Assembly (NCBI GenBank): GCA_039588275.1
Contig: JBDHAC010000008.1
Span: 53,471 to 117,470, forward strand
DNA from: Gemmatimonadota bacterium
GTDB lineage: Bacteria; Gemmatimonadota; Gemmatimonadetes; Palauibacterales; Palauibacteraceae
Reading direction: 5' to 3'
Length of the DNA: 64,000 nt
Shown: positions 19,312-30,107 of the stretch, in pieces
Numbering within the stretch: the first letter of the stretch is position 1
How the letters are laid out: every line of letters begins with the position of its first letter
Program-made: the position numbers and the translations under genes
Notes under the pieces: generated by a model
Databases searched by the model: none
Told to the model about the DNA's origin: nothing
Seen by the model: only the letters and a program-made list of their open reading frames with translations

Positions 19312-20771
19312 GCCGTGTAACCGGACTGACGCCGCAGTCCGAGGACTTCTCCGCCTGGTACAACGAGATCGTGGTCGCGGCGGAACTCGCCGATCGCTCG
19401 CCGGTTCGGGGCTGCATGGTGATTCGCCCGTATGGCTACCGGATCTGGGAGCTCATCCAGGGCGGACTCGACCGGATGTTCAAGGCTACCGGTCACGAGA
19501 ACGCCTATTTTCCGCTCTTCGTCCCCCAATCGTACCTGGACCGCGAGGCCGATCACGTGGAAGGGTTCGCCCCTCAGACGGCCGTCGTGACACATGCTGG
19601 CGGAAAGCCACTCGAGGAGACGCTCGTCGTGCGGCCGACGTCCGAGGCCATCATCTGGCCCATCCTCGCCGATTGGATCCAGTCGTACCGGGATCTCCCG
19701 CTATTACTCAACCAATGGGCGAACGTCGTGCGCTGGGAGCTGCGCACGCGTCCCTTCCTGCGCACGACCGAGTTCCTGTGGCAGGAGGGGCATACCGCAC
19801 ACGCCACCGAGTACGAAGCCGAGGAAGAGGCTCGACGCATGCTCGGTGTGTACCGGAGCTTCATGGATGAGTACCTGGCGCTCGCGGTCCTGACGGGCGA
19901 GAAGACCGCCGACGAGCGGTTCGCCGGTGCGCTCCGCACGTACGCGTGCGAGGCGTTGATGCGAGACGGGAAGGCCCTCCAGGCCGGCACCAGCCACCAT
20001 CTGGGCCAGAACTTCGCACGCGCATTCGACGTCCAATTCCAGACCGAGCGGGGTGAGCACGATTACGTGTGGAGCACGTCCTGGGGTGTCTCCACACGAC
20101 TGATTGGTGGGCTCATCATGGCGCACGGCGATGATGCAGGGCTTGTGCTCCCTCCCCGCGTCGCCCCGCACCAGGTCGTGATCGTTCCGATCTGGAAGAG
20201 CGACCAACAACGGGGGTTGGTGCTGGACGCTTGCATGCCGTTACGCGAGAGGCTCAGGGACAGAGGCGTCCGCGCCCATCTGGACGAGCGCGACACCATC
20301 AATCCGGGGGCCAAGTTCTACGAGTGGGAGCGCAAGGGCGTTCCGCTCCGGCTCGAGGTGGGACCACGCGATGTCGAGGCTGAACAGGCGGTGGTCGTTC
20401 GACGCTTCGCGCCCGACGAGGGCGAGCGTAAGAAGGTCTTGTCCTGGCCGGAGACTGTCGAAACCATGGCCCCGTTGTTGGAGGAGATCCAGAAGACCAT
20501 GCTGGGCGAAGCGCGTAAGGGACGTGAGTCCCGATCCGTGCGGGGCATGCGCGACTTCGGCGCGTTTCGCGCTCGGATCGAGGAATCGCCGGGATTCGTG
20601 TTCACGGGCTGGTGCGGACGCGCGGAGTGTGCGGACCGCGTGCAGGCTGAGACCAAGGCGACGATCCGGGTGATCCCGGATCCCGAGTTTCAGAGTGACC
20701 CGGCTCCCGACACGTGTCTGGTGTGCGAAGACCCGGCCGACGTGGAGGTTGTCTGGGCCAAGGCGTATTGA
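19308..20771 (+). CDS. proS: Proline--tRNA ligase, archaeal/eukaryote-like type without insertion editing domain
   Basis: [37 protein letters not shown]-terminal ...KAY. Confidence 0.96.
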   Translation: MSRVTGLTPQSEDFSAWYNEIVVAAELADRSPVRGCMVIRPYGYRIWELIQGGLDRMFKATGHENAYFPLFVPQSYLDREADHVEGFAPQTAVVTHAGGKPLEETLVVRPTSEAIIWPILADWIQSYRDLPLLLNQWANVVRWELRTRPFLRTTEFLWQEGHTAHATEYEAEEEARRMLGVYRSFMDEYLALAVLTGEKTADERFAGALRTYACEALMRDGKALQAGTSHHLGQNFARAFDVQFQTERGEHDYVWSTSWGVSTRLIGGLIMAHGDDAGLVLPPRVAPHQVVIVPIWKSDQQRGLVLDACMPLRERLRDRGVRAHLDERDTINPGAKFYEWERKGVPLRLEVGPRDVEAEQAVVVRRFAPDEGERKKVLSWPETVETMAPLLEEIQKTMLGEARKGRESRSVRGMRDFGAFRARIEESPGFVFTGWCGRAECADRVQAETKATIRVIPDPEFQSDPAPDTCLVCEDPADVEVVWAKAY

Positions 20772-20946
20772 AACACGGACGCGTGTGCCCCCTCCGTCGC
20801 GACACGGAAGATGCGCGGCGCGGCATAGCGGCGCCTCGCGCCCTCACGACGGCACAACGGGAGCGAGAGGTCGTGCTCATCGCGCGCAGATCTACGGTCG
20901 CGCCGAAGGGGACCCACGCACCCGTGCTCACGAAAGGGGAGCGGTA

Positions 20947-22485
20947 GTGAGCGGCGTTCTGGTTCTCGACTACGGATCGCAATACACGCAGTTGATCGCA
21001 CGCCGGATCCGAGAGGAGCGGGTGTACTGCGAGGTGCACCCGCCGACGCGCACGCTCGACTGGATCAGCGAGTTCTCACCCGAGGCGATCATCCTGTCCG
21101 GGGGACCTGCGAGCGTGTACGACGATGACATGCCCGGCGTAGACCCCGGACTACTCGACTTCGGTGTGCCCGTTCTCGGCATCTGCTACGGGATGCAGCT
21201 GATCGCCGACCTCGAGGGAAGTGAGGTCGAGCCCGCCGAGCGACGTGAGTACGGTCGGGCTCGTCTCGAGATCCTGATGAGCAATGGTCTGTTTCGGGGG
21301 TTCGCCCCGGGCGAGCAGACGCAGGTCTGGATGAGCCACGGCGACGAGCTACGGGGTGTGCCTTCGGGCTTCGACGTGATCGGCCGGACCGAGACGAATC
21401 CGATCGCAGCCATTTCGGCAAGAGACCGGAGCGTGTACGCCGTTCAGTTTCACCCCGAGGTGGCTCACACGCACCGTGGTGACGAGATCCTCCGCAACTT
21501 CCTGTTCGAGATTGCCGGGTGCGAGGGCGATTGGACCCCCGCGAGCATCGTATCGACGCATGTGGAAGCGGTCCGGCGCCAGGTCGGCGCCGAACACGTC
21601 ATCTGCGGCCTGTCGGGCGGCGTGGACTCTTCGGTCGCCGCCGCGCTCGTTCACCGGGCGGTCGGAGACCAGTTGACGTGCATCTTCGTGGACACGGGGC
21701 TATTGCGTAAGGGTGAGAGACACTCGGTGGAACAGGTCTTCCGCGATCACCTGGGGCTACGGCTCGAGGTCGTGGATGCTTCCGACCGTTTTCTGGATCG
21801 ACTGGTCGGGGTGGAGGATCCCGAGGAAAAGCGGATTCGAATCGGCCACACGTTTATCGACGTGTTCGAGGAGGCTGCCGGCCGTCACGGGGATGCGCGC
21901 TTCCTCGTACAAGGGACCTTGTATCCGGACGTGATCGAGTCGGTATCGGTGTGGGGGCCATCGGTCACGATCAAATCGCATCACAACGTGGGTGGCCTCC
22001 GCCCCGACCATCCGTTCGATCTCATCGAGCCGCTGCGCGAGCTGTTCAAGGATGAGGTCCGGGCCGTCGGGCGCGAACTCGGGCTTCCGGAGGAGATCGT
22101 GGGGCGGCACCCGTTCCCGGGTCCCGGGCTTGCGATTCGTGTACTGGGCGAGGTGACTCGCGAGAATCTCACGACCCTGCGCGAGGTGGATGCCATCTAC
22201 CTGGAGGAGATTCGCAGCGCCGACCTGTATGACGATATTTGGCAGGCGTTCGCCGTGTTGCTTCCGGTCCGTGCCGTCGGCGTCATGGGAGACTCGAGGA
22301 CGTACGAGAACGTGGTTGCCCTTCGGGCGGTGACGAGTCGCGATGGCATGACCGCCGATTGGTTCCAATTTCCCCACGAAGTGCTGGCTCGCATGTCGAA
22401 CCGGATCATCAACGAGGTCGAGGGTGTGAACCGGGTCGTATACGACGTGTCCTCGAAGCCACCGGCGACGATCGAGTGGGAGTGA
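20947..22485 (+). CDS. guaA: GMP synthase (glutamine-hydrolysing)
   Basis: [35 protein letters not shown]. Confidence 0.98.
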   Translation: MSGVLVLDYGSQYTQLIARRIREERVYCEVHPPTRTLDWISEFSPEAIILSGGPASVYDDDMPGVDPGLLDFGVPVLGICYGMQLIADLEGSEVEPAERREYGRARLEILMSNGLFRGFAPGEQTQVWMSHGDELRGVPSGFDVIGRTETNPIAAISARDRSVYAVQFHPEVAHTHRGDEILRNFLFEIAGCEGDWTPASIVSTHVEAVRRQVGAEHVICGLSGGVDSSVAAALVHRAVGDQLTCIFVDTGLLRKGERHSVEQVFRDHLGLRLEVVDASDRFLDRLVGVEDPEEKRIRIGHTFIDVFEEAAGRHGDARFLVQGTLYPDVIESVSVWGPSVTIKSHHNVGGLRPDHPFDLIEPLRELFKDEVRAVGRELGLPEEIVGRHPFPGPGLAIRVLGEVTRENLTTLREVDAIYLEEIRSADLYDDIWQAFAVLLPVRAVGVMGDSRTYENVVALRAVTSRDGMTADWFQFPHEVLARMSNRIINEVEGVNRVVYDVSSKPPATIEWE

Positions 22486-22576
22486 CGGCGGTGGACGGCG
22501 CGCTCCCGTGCATGCAGCGTGTCCGCGGGCGAGAGACCGGTCCCTGGCCCCCCAACGATCAAGGTGAGCGATAGAG

Positions 22577-23353
22577 ATGAACGGACCAGGAGTGAAGTCG
22601 CAGTTGGATGAGATGGTCGAGTGGCTCGACACGTATCTGAGAATCGCAGAGTTGGAAGACGATCCGGGCGCGATGAACGGCCTGCAGTTGGAAAACAGCG
22701 GCCGGGTCGCGAAGGTGGGCGCGGCCACGGACGCATCATTGGCCACCATCAAGGCGGCGGCCGACTCCGGCTGTCAGATGCTGTTGGTGCACCACGGCCT
22801 CTTCTGGGCCGACACGATTCCGATCGTGGGCGTCGTATACCGCCGGATGCGGGCCCTGTTCGACGGGGACTTGGCCGTGTACAGCGCACACCTCCCGCTT
22901 GACGTTCACCCGGAAGTCGGCAACAACATCCTCCTGCTCAAAGCCCTCGGGCTCGAGTTGGACGGACGCTTCGGCCGGACATCCTCGGTCGACAACCTGG
23001 GCGTATGGGCCAGCCCCGAGATGTCGCGCGAGGAGGTGCTGGCGCGAGTGGGGCAAGCGTGCGGTACGACACCTCACCTGATTCCGGGAGGCCCCCCGCA
23101 GGTCAACCGCGTCGGGATCATCACCGGCGGAGGTGGCTCGATGATCGCGCAGGCGGCCGAGGCGCGCATGGACACGCTGATCACGGGAGAGGGGAAGCAC
23201 CACACCTACCACGAGGCCCTGGAGCTCGGCCTGAACGTCATCTACGCCGGGCATTACGCGACCGAGACGTTCGGAGTCAAGGCACTCGCCAGCAAGCTCG
23301 CGCAGCGTTTCGCGATCGAGTGGGAGTTCCTGGATGCGCCGACAGGCTTATAG
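22577..23353 (+). CDS. Nif3/YbgI-like dinuclear metal-centre protein
   Basis: NGLQ, VHHGLFW, HLPLDVHPEVGNN, ITGE, AGHYATE. Confidence 0.93.
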   Translation: MNGPGVKSQLDEMVEWLDTYLRIAELEDDPGAMNGLQLENSGRVAKVGAATDASLATIKAAADSGCQMLLVHHGLFWADTIPIVGVVYRRMRALFDGDLAVYSAHLPLDVHPEVGNNILLLKALGLELDGRFGRTSSVDNLGVWASPEMSREEVLARVGQACGTTPHLIPGGPPQVNRVGIITGGGGSMIAQAAEARMDTLITGEGKHHTYHEALELGLNVIYAGHYATETFGVKALASKLAQRFAIEWEFLDAPTGL

Positions 23354-23373
23354 ATCTGTCTGTCGTCAAAGAG

Positions 23374-23420
23374 GTCCGGCCGGCGGTCGCGAGCGCGGCC
23401 AAAGCTCCCACCGGCCGGAC
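23374..23420. terminator. Inverted repeat between convergent genes, possible bidirectional terminator
   Basis: GTCCGGCCGG (23374-23383) / CCGGCCGGAC (23411-23420); no U-tract. Confidence 0.4.
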
Positions 23421-23428
23421 GAGGGGTC

Positions 23429-24352
23429 TCAGAACACCGAGATCTTGATGTCCTTCAGATAGCGCTCGGGGTGCTCGCGCAGGTCCTTCGTGAGGAGCGC
23501 GATCTCCTCGGTCGCGGTTTGCAGATTGGCGATCGCTCCCCGCACTTCGTCGTACAGCGCCTCGTCCGTCAACATCTTGCCAAACGTGCCTTCGCCCGCG
23601 TCGAGCCTCGCGGTGATCGATGCGAGCGATTGGGTCGTCGAGTCGAAGCTCACGCTGGCCGTCGCCAGCCGGGTCGTCAGGGTGTCCAGGTTCGCGAGCG
23701 CCCGCTCCAGGTCCGGTCCATCGGCGACCTCGGCGATCCGCGCCGACGCCTGGTCCAGGTTCCCCAACAGCGAGCTCAACGACTCGCGCTCGGCGCGGAC
23801 CAGGCTCTGAAGCTCGCGCATGGCCGCGGCGAACGCGGACGAGCTCTCTCGGATGTCCGACACGGTCCGCTCCGACAGCACATCCTCGATCCGCTCCAAG
23901 ATCACGTTGGTCTCGTCCCCGAGATCGGCAGCCAGCGATTGGAGATCCGCGGACCGACCGAGTTGGATCGTATCACCGGACACGAGGACCCGATCGGAAA
24001 CCCCCGGGATCAGCTCCACCATCTGGGTGCCCAGAAACCCGGCCGCGCGAATGACGCCGCGCGTATCTACGGGCAGGTCGGTCTCGTGATGGATCCCCAG
24101 GCCGATCACGACGCGGAACCCGTCCAGACGCACGGACTCCACCTCACCCACCTCGATCCCGAGCAGAAACACCTTCGCGTCATCGGTTATCTGCCCCGCC
24201 TCCGGCGCGATGCCGTGGATCCGGAGTTGAGGCCCTCCGAGCCGTGTGTTGCTGATCCAGAAGAGACCGACCACGAGCGCCAGCAGGGCGAAAAGGACGA
24301 GAATCCCGACTTGCAGCTCGGCGCCCCGATCTCGAATTCCAGGGTCCCTCAT
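23429..24352 (-). CDS. mlaD: MlaD/MCE-domain protein
   Basis: N-terminal TM, MCE motif (VFLLGIEVGEV...GFLG..VELIPG), long helical C-terminus; follows mlaE and mlaF. Confidence 0.88.
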   Translation of the reverse strand: MRDPGIRDRGAELQVGILVLFALLALVVGLFWISNTRLGGPQLRIHGIAPEAGQITDDAKVFLLGIEVGEVESVRLDGFRVVIGLGIHHETDLPVDTRGVIRAAGFLGTQMVELIPGVSDRVLVSGDTIQLGRSADLQSLAADLGDETNVILERIEDVLSERTVSDIRESSSAFAAAMRELQSLVRAERESLSSLLGNLDQASARIAEVADGPDLERALANLDTLTTRLATASVSFDSTTQSLASITARLDAGEGTFGKMLTDEALYDEVRGAIANLQTATEEIALLTKDLREHPERYLKDIKISVF

Positions 24353-25125
24353 GTCCGACCTCCCGGATCCACCTCGCCCTCCTCGGGTTCTCCTCGGGAT
24401 GACGCGTCGAGGAAGCCGCGGACGACGGGATTCTCGGTACTTCGCAACTCCTCGGGCGTGCCCTGGGCCTGAACGAGGCCCTCCGAGAGGAGGACGATCC
24501 GGTCGGCCAAGAAGAACGCGGATTCGACGTCGTGCGTGACGATCACGCTCGTACCCCCGACCTCCGCGCTCACTCTCGAGATGAGGTTGTTGATGCGCGC
24601 CGCGTTCACGGGATCCAGTCCGGTAGTCGGCTCGTCGTATAGCACGTAGGGTTCCCGCCCGATGATCGCCCGCGCGATCGCGACTCGCTTCTGCATCCCA
24701 CCCGACAGCTCGGCCGGGAGCAGCTTCTCCACGTCGGGCGTGAGGTTAACCAGTGAGAGCGCTTCTCGCACCAGCGCCTCGCAGTCCACGCCGGGATCAT
24801 CGCACGCCCCCTCTCGCAGGCCGAGGAGCAGGTTGCCCCGCACCGTCAGCGAATCGAACAAGGCCGAGTTCTGAAACACGTAGCTGATTCGCTCGCGGAC
24901 CCTGGAGATTCCATGGCGATCGGCCCCCGATACGGAGATGCCGTCCACCAGCACATCTCCTTCATCGGGATCCATCAGACCCACGATATGTTTCAGCAGG
25001 ACGCTCTTCCCCGTGCCGGAAGGACCCATCACGACGAGGCTCTCCCCCTCCGCGATCGTCAGGTTCACCCCGCTCAGAACCGGCTTCCGATTCAGCGTCT
25101 TGTGGAGGTTGCGGATCTCGATCAT
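24349..25125 (-). CDS. mlaF: MlaF-type ABC transporter ATP-binding protein
   Basis: GPSGTGKS, VFQNSALFDSLTV, LSGGMQKRVAIAR, YDEPTTGLDP; start at MIEIRNL overlapping the mlaE stop. Confidence 0.93.
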   Translation of the reverse strand: MIEIRNLHKTLNRKPVLSGVNLTIAEGESLVVMGPSGTGKSVLLKHIVGLMDPDEGDVLVDGISVSGADRHGISRVRERISYVFQNSALFDSLTVRGNLLLGLREGACDDPGVDCEALVREALSLVNLTPDVEKLLPAELSGGMQKRVAIARAIIGREPYVLYDEPTTGLDPVNAARINNLISRVSAEVGGTSVIVTHDVESAFFLADRIVLLSEGLVQAQGTPEELRSTENPVVRGFLDASSRGEPEEGEVDPGGRT

Positions 25126-25904
25126 GAAACGGCTTTGTACACGGGGGCGAGAACCACATCCAGGGCCATGATCGCCACGATGATCGCCACCACCGCTTTC
25201 GTCGCCGTGCGGCCGACGCCGGCCGCGCCTCCTTCGGCCCGTAGCCCCACATAGCTGGCAGTGAACGTGATCGTGAAGCCGAAGGCCACCGCCTTCACCA
25301 GCGAGTAGATGAGCGCCGCCGAATGGTAGTACCCGCGGGTCCCGAGGACGTACTCGGCGGTCGTCATCGGGAGGACCGTGATCGCCGTGAGCCACCCGCT
25401 CGCGATCCCCATGATGTCGGCGAGGATCACGAGAGGCACGAGCATGATGGTCCCCGCCACCACGCGTGGAACGACGAGCTCGACGACCGGGTCCCGTCCG
25501 AGGGTGAGAAGGGCATCGATCTGATCGGTGACCTTCATCGTGCCCAGCTCGGCTCCGATCCCCGCCCCCATTCGGCCTGCGAGCACGATGGCCGTCAGCA
25601 CCGGACCAAGCTCCGTCAGCATGCCGCCCGCCACCGAGCCCGCTACGATGGAGAGAGGGAGTCCGGTCGCCATCTGGTAGAACGTCTGCTGCGCGAGCAC
25701 CGAGCCGGCGAGAGCGCCCATCAACAGCACGAGCGCGAGGCCATCCACACCGATGCGCTTCGCCTGAGCGATCGTTTCCGCCCAGTACCGCGACGGGTGC
25801 CCCAGCGCGAGGATGGTGGCCCAGAACAGCACACCGGCGCGGCCCGCGTGCAACGCCGCGCCGCGCCCCGCCCGCCCCAGCCCAATGAGCAGCCGGCCAA
25901 TCAC
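25122..25904 (-). CDS. mlaE: MlaE-type ABC transporter permease
   Basis: ELGPVLTAIVLAGR.GAGIGAELGTMKVTDQIDAL; GAAGVGRTATKAVV. Confidence 0.95.
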   Translation of the reverse strand: MIGRLLIGLGRAGRGAALHAGRAGVLFWATILALGHPSRYWAETIAQAKRIGVDGLALVLLMGALAGSVLAQQTFYQMATGLPLSIVAGSVAGGMLTELGPVLTAIVLAGRMGAGIGAELGTMKVTDQIDALLTLGRDPVVELVVPRVVAGTIMLVPLVILADIMGIASGWLTAITVLPMTTAEYVLGTRGYYHSAALIYSLVKAVAFGFTITFTASYVGLRAEGGAAGVGRTATKAVVAIIVAIMALDVVLAPVYKAVS

Positions 25905-26314
25905 CGTCGGCGTACACCCACCGAGTCAGATGCCTGCAGCTCGTCGTCGGTCTCTCGGTTTGCCCCGCCTGCCAGCTCGTCCGCGCGAGCGGCGATGAGC
26001 TCCCAGAGCACAGCCATCGCCTCCGGATCGGAACCGCGCCGCGCGGCGAACCGATCGAGGTCCTCCAGCGTCAACCCGCGTTCCTGGAGAGTCGTGAAGC
26101 GGGCGGAATCCGCTGCCAGCGAGTCACGCGCGCTGAAGCGCCACCCCAGCGACGCCAACTCGGACATCACCTCGACATATGCGGAATCATCGAGGATGTC
26201 CGCGGACCCGCCATCTCCACCGCAGCCCGCGAGCAACACGGCCAGTACCCACCCGGTGAGCACCCCCGGGGGTCCAGTCGCGCCCGCGCCGATCTGGTTG
26301 GAGCCCGACCTCAT
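25901..26314 (-). CDS. Hypothetical lipoprotein (possibly DUF4296-like)
   Basis: Lipobox LLAG-C; overlaps the pepD stop and the mlaE start; family assignment tentative. Confidence 0.65.
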   Translation of the reverse strand: MRSGSNQIGAGATGPPGVLTGWVLAVLLAGCGGDGGSADILDDSAYVEVMSELASLGWRFSARDSLAADSARFTTLQERGLTLEDLDRFAARRGSDPEAMAVLWELIAARADELAGGANRETDDELQASDSVGVRRR

Positions 26315-27762
26315 TCCAACCGTTCGAGAACCGTGCACAGCACGGCGTAGAACTTGTCGACGGACTCGATGTGCACACGCTCATCCGGCGAGTGGGGGAA
26401 CTCGATCTGCGGTCCGAACGAGACCATGTCCATGCCCTCGATCTTCTCGCCGATGATGCCACACTCGAGGCCCGCGTGCACGGCACCTACCTCGGGCTCG
26501 CCCATGGACTCCGTGTACACGCCCTTCACGGTCGCCAGAAGCGGCGAGCTGACATCAGGCTGCCAACCCGGGTAGCCATCCCCCTCGTGCACGTCGGCCT
26601 GAACGAGGGCTGCGGCGGCGCGAATGCGCTGACGCAGGGCCGACAGGGCGGAGTCGACCGAGCTCCGGCTGCTGAGCAGGATATCCAGGCTATCGTCGTT
26701 CGGCGTCACCGTGGCCAGGTTCGTGCTCGTCTCCACCAGACCCGGAATCTCGTAGCTCATCGACATCACCCCGTGAGGCAGGGCGGTGACGAACGCCAGC
26801 GTCCGCAGCGTGGATGCCGGGTCCATCACCGATTCGACGGTCCCGGCATCGGAGAGCTCGAAGCTCAGGTTGGGGTCGACCGGCTCGAACTCTGCCTGTA
26901 TCGCCTCGGCCTCCGCGTCGAGGCAGGCCCTGAGGCGATCCGCTCCCCCGCCGTCCGACAGAACGACCGTCGCAGACGCCTCGCGGGGAATGGCGTTGTG
27001 CGCGTTGCCACCCGCGAACGACACGAGCTGGAAAGGCTCGTCGAGCGAGGTCCGGTAAAGCGCGCGTGCCAGCAGTCTGATCGCGTTTCCGCGTTGCAGG
27101 TGGATGTCCACCCCGGAGTGACCGCCACGCAGGCCGCTGACCCGGATCGTCAGCGCCGTCGCGCCGTCGGGCGCCGCTTCGTAGCTGATCGGCAGGTGGA
27201 GGTGCGAGTCTGCACCGCCCGCGCAGCCGATCGTGATCACCCCCTCCTCCTCGGAATCGAGGTTGAGTAGCCGGCGGCCGTTCAGCATCCCGGGCTCGAG
27301 GCTCGCCGCTCCTGTGAGCCCGGTTTCCTCGTCGACCGTGAACAGTAGCTCCAGCGGACCGTGCGACAGACCAGGATCCTCCTCGATCGCCAGCATGGCC
27401 GCCACGCCGACGCCGTTGTCGGACCCCAGCGTCGTCCCATTGGCAGTAAGGTACTCGCCGTCCTGGAGCGGCTCGATCGCATCCGTCTCGAAGTCGAGCG
27501 CGACGCCGGAATTCTTCTCCTGAACCATGTCGAGATGGGCCTGGAGGATGGTCGCGGGCACGCTCTCCCGGCCCGGCGCAGCGGGCTTGCGCACTACTGT
27601 ATTGCCTGCGGCGTCTACCTCGTACTCGAGGCCGTTACGTTCCGCCACCTCGATCACGTACTCGCGCATGCGACCCTCGTCCTTGGACGCGCGCGGAATG
27701 GTCAGGATATGGTCGAAGTGCGCCCATAGCGCCTGCGGCTTGAGCTCGGACACGAATGTCAT
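26311..27762 (-). CDS. pepD: Aminoacyl-histidine dipeptidase (M20C)
   Basis: QAHLDMV, TTLGSDNG, DEETGL, NLDSEE, GGHSG, HAGLECG, HSPDE. Confidence 0.96.
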   Translation of the reverse strand: MTFVSELKPQALWAHFDHILTIPRASKDEGRMREYVIEVAERNGLEYEVDAAGNTVVRKPAAPGRESVPATILQAHLDMVQEKNSGVALDFETDAIEPLQDGEYLTANGTTLGSDNGVGVAAMLAIEEDPGLSHGPLELLFTVDEETGLTGAASLEPGMLNGRRLLNLDSEEEGVITIGCAGGADSHLHLPISYEAAPDGATALTIRVSGLRGGHSGVDIHLQRGNAIRLLARALYRTSLDEPFQLVSFAGGNAHNAIPREASATVVLSDGGGADRLRACLDAEAEAIQAEFEPVDPNLSFELSDAGTVESVMDPASTLRTLAFVTALPHGVMSMSYEIPGLVETSTNLATVTPNDDSLDILLSSRSSVDSALSALRQRIRAAAALVQADVHEGDGYPGWQPDVSSPLLATVKGVYTESMGEPEVGAVHAGLECGIIGEKIEGMDMVSFGPQIEFPHSPDERVHIESVDKFYAVLCTVLERLE

Positions 27763-27888
27763 CGGATCTCTCCTCCGGCCTGGACCGGCATTCGATTTCG
27801 GTTGGTTCCCACTGGCGCATCGGGACGCGTGCGCACAGCTTCTCCCACGTTATCGCCCAAGCGGAAACTCGTCCACGGAGGGGGTCGG

Positions 27889-29868
27889 ATGAGCGATCAG
27901 AAGTCCTCGCCGTACGTGTCAGCGGCCACGCAGATGGCCGAGCTCACCTTCAAAGCCCTGGCCCTGGGTGTGCTGATGGCCGTCGTGCTCGGGGCCGCCA
28001 ACGCTTACATCGGGATGAAGGCGGGACTCACCGTCGCTGCCACCTTCCCGGCTGCCGTCGTAGCCATGGCCGCGTTGCGCCCCTTCCGGGGCACGGTGCT
28101 GGAGGAGAACATCGCGCGCACGACCGCCTCGGTCGGTGAGGCGCTGGTCGCGGGGGCGATCTTCACCCTCCCGGCCTTCATCATAGCCGGCGCGTGGACC
28201 AATCTGCGTTATTGGGAGAGCACCGCCATCATGCTGGTCGGCGGCTTGCTCGGCGTGCTGTTCGTGATCGTCCTGCGTCGCACGCTCGTCGTCGAGGCCG
28301 AGCTTCCGTTCCCGGAATCGGTCGCGGCGTCGGAGATCGTCAAGGCCGGTCAGAAGGGTGAGACCGGCGCCAAGTACGTGTTCGGCGCGATGGGTCTCGC
28401 AGGTCTGTGGGAACTGTTCAAGAACTCCAACGGAATCCTGTTCATCCAGGAGCGTACCGAGGCCGTATTCGAGTTCGGCCGCTCGACGATCGATATTCTG
28501 GGGAGCCGGATCGAGTACGCGGGCGGCATGCTCGTCTCCTCGCCCTCGGCCTCGCCGGCCCTCATGGGGGTCGGGTTCATCGTGGGCTCGCGGGTGAGCT
28601 CGGTGCTGTTCAGCGGGGCGGTGATGGGGTGGCTCCTGTTGGTGCCGTTGGCGCTCTTCCTCAACCCTGGACTCGTAGGTACCGTCGGCGCCGGGACCAC
28701 GCTCGGAGACCTGGCCAACGAAGTCTGGGCAAAGCAGATCCGGCCGCTGGCGGTGGGCACGATGATCGTGGCCGCCTTCTACACGCTGTACACGCTGAAA
28801 GACGCCCTTGTGACGGGGATCGGGAGAGCCCTCGGGGACATCAAAGTCAAAGGTCCGGAAAAGACGATGGACCGGACCGAGATCGATCTCAGCCTGTCGC
28901 GCATACTCCCGGCGATCGGTGTAATGGCCGTCGCGACATTCGCGCTCTACTACTTCTTCACGAGCTCTGTGGTCGGGGCGCTGACCCTGACCGCAGTCAT
29001 GGTGATCCTCGGGTTCCTGTTCGCGGCGGTCGCCGGATATCTGGTGGGGCTGATCGGGAGCTCGAACAACCCGATCTCCGGTCTCACGCTCAGCGCGCTC
29101 CTCATTGCGGCGGTGCTCATGGTCGCCCTCGGAGTCGTGAGCGTGCAGGGTGTCGCCGGTGTGCTCGGCGTGGCGGGGGTCGTCTGCTGCACCGCCGGCG
29201 TCGCGGGCGACATGATGCAGGACCTCAAGGTGGGCCATATCCTGGGCGGCACGCCCCGGCGCATGCAGCTGGCCGAGATCGCGGGCGTGATCGTCGCTTC
29301 GATGGTGCTGGCCTTCGCCCTCATGGCGCTGCACCAGGCATACACGATAGGCTCGGCGGAGCTCCCGGCACCGCAGGCAGGGTTGATGGCCCTCATGGCG
29401 AACGGGATCGTTGGTGGCGAGATGGCCTGGCCGCTGGTGATCGTGGGCATGCTGTTCGCCGTCGGACTCATCCTGATCAACGCGCCCTCGCCGATGCTGA
29501 TCGCGGTCGGCATGTACCTCCCGTTCTACTCCACCGCGGCGATCTTCGTGGGCGGCTTGATCCGCTGGTTCCTCGAGAAGCGGCTCGATGCAGGAGGCGC
29601 GAGCGAGGAGGACAAGACTCGGGCGCGCAACACCGGCGTGCTGCTCTCGTCCGGGTTTATCGCGGGTGAGTCGTTGATGGCGGTGCTGCTCGCCTTCCTC
29701 TTGATCGGGGGCGATTTCATACCTTTCCTGGTGAGTATGAAGGAACGGCTCACGCCGACCGTGGAGCCGAACTTCCTGCTCAGCCTGATCGTATTCCCGG
29801 CGCTGATCTACCTGCTCGTCATCTTCCCGATCAAGAAGATGAGGGAACGCGCCGGCGGGTCGCGATAA
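27889..29868 (+). CDS. OPT family oligopeptide transporter
   Basis: ANAYIGMKAG, ENIART, FPES, SSNNPISG, MQDLKVG, APQAGLM; many TM helices. Confidence 0.95.
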   Translation: MSDQKSSPYVSAATQMAELTFKALALGVLMAVVLGAANAYIGMKAGLTVAATFPAAVVAMAALRPFRGTVLEENIARTTASVGEALVAGAIFTLPAFIIAGAWTNLRYWESTAIMLVGGLLGVLFVIVLRRTLVVEAELPFPESVAASEIVKAGQKGETGAKYVFGAMGLAGLWELFKNSNGILFIQERTEAVFEFGRSTIDILGSRIEYAGGMLVSSPSASPALMGVGFIVGSRVSSVLFSGAVMGWLLLVPLALFLNPGLVGTVGAGTTLGDLANEVWAKQIRPLAVGTMIVAAFYTLYTLKDALVTGIGRALGDIKVKGPEKTMDRTEIDLSLSRILPAIGVMAVATFALYYFFTSSVVGALTLTAVMVILGFLFAAVAGYLVGLIGSSNNPISGLTLSALLIAAVLMVALGVVSVQGVAGVLGVAGVVCCTAGVAGDMMQDLKVGHILGGTPRRMQLAEIAGVIVASMVLAFALMALHQAYTIGSAELPAPQAGLMALMANGIVGGEMAWPLVIVGMLFAVGLILINAPSPMLIAVGMYLPFYSTAAIFVGGLIRWFLEKRLDAGGASEEDKTRARNTGVLLSSGFIAGESLMAVLLAFLLIGGDFIPFLVSMKERLTPTVEPNFLLSLIVFPALIYLLVIFPIKKMRERAGGSR

Positions 29869-29903
29869 CATGTAGCCGAGAACCTCTCAGGCGCGTCAGT
29901 ATG

Positions 29904-29929
29904 GGGGCGGCTCCCGCGGGGGCCGCCCC
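29904..29929 (+). terminator. GC-rich hairpin after the OPT gene
   Basis: GGGGCGGCTCC-CGCG-GGGGCCGCCCC; no U-tract. Confidence 0.45.
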
Positions 29930-29949
29930 TGCCGCATCGTACCACCGCT

Positions 29950-29979
29950 TTGACAGGATGTCTTAGCGCCTCGTAGCAT
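29950..29979 (+). promoter_or_regulatory. Sigma70-type promoter upstream of hsp20-clpB
   Basis: Perfect TTGACA (29950-29955), 18 nt, TAGCAT (29974-29979). Confidence 0.6.
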
Positions 29980-30107
29980 CCGACCTGACAGCCCAATCGC
30001 CGGACCGTTTAAGACATCCCATATGCCTAACTGGCAGCTTTGCGGTCGGGTCAATCTGGACAGGCCGCCGCATCGGCGGAAAAACCCGCCATTTCAGGCT
30101 CTTCGAA

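Noticed and set aside
27919..29871. 650-aa antisense ORF over the OPT gene; similar long shadow ORFs at 12324-13772, 13904-15178, 39221-40795 and 62540-63832
   Set aside because: Each lies opposite a well-supported gene, has no recognisable motif and is expected from codon bias in GC-rich DNA
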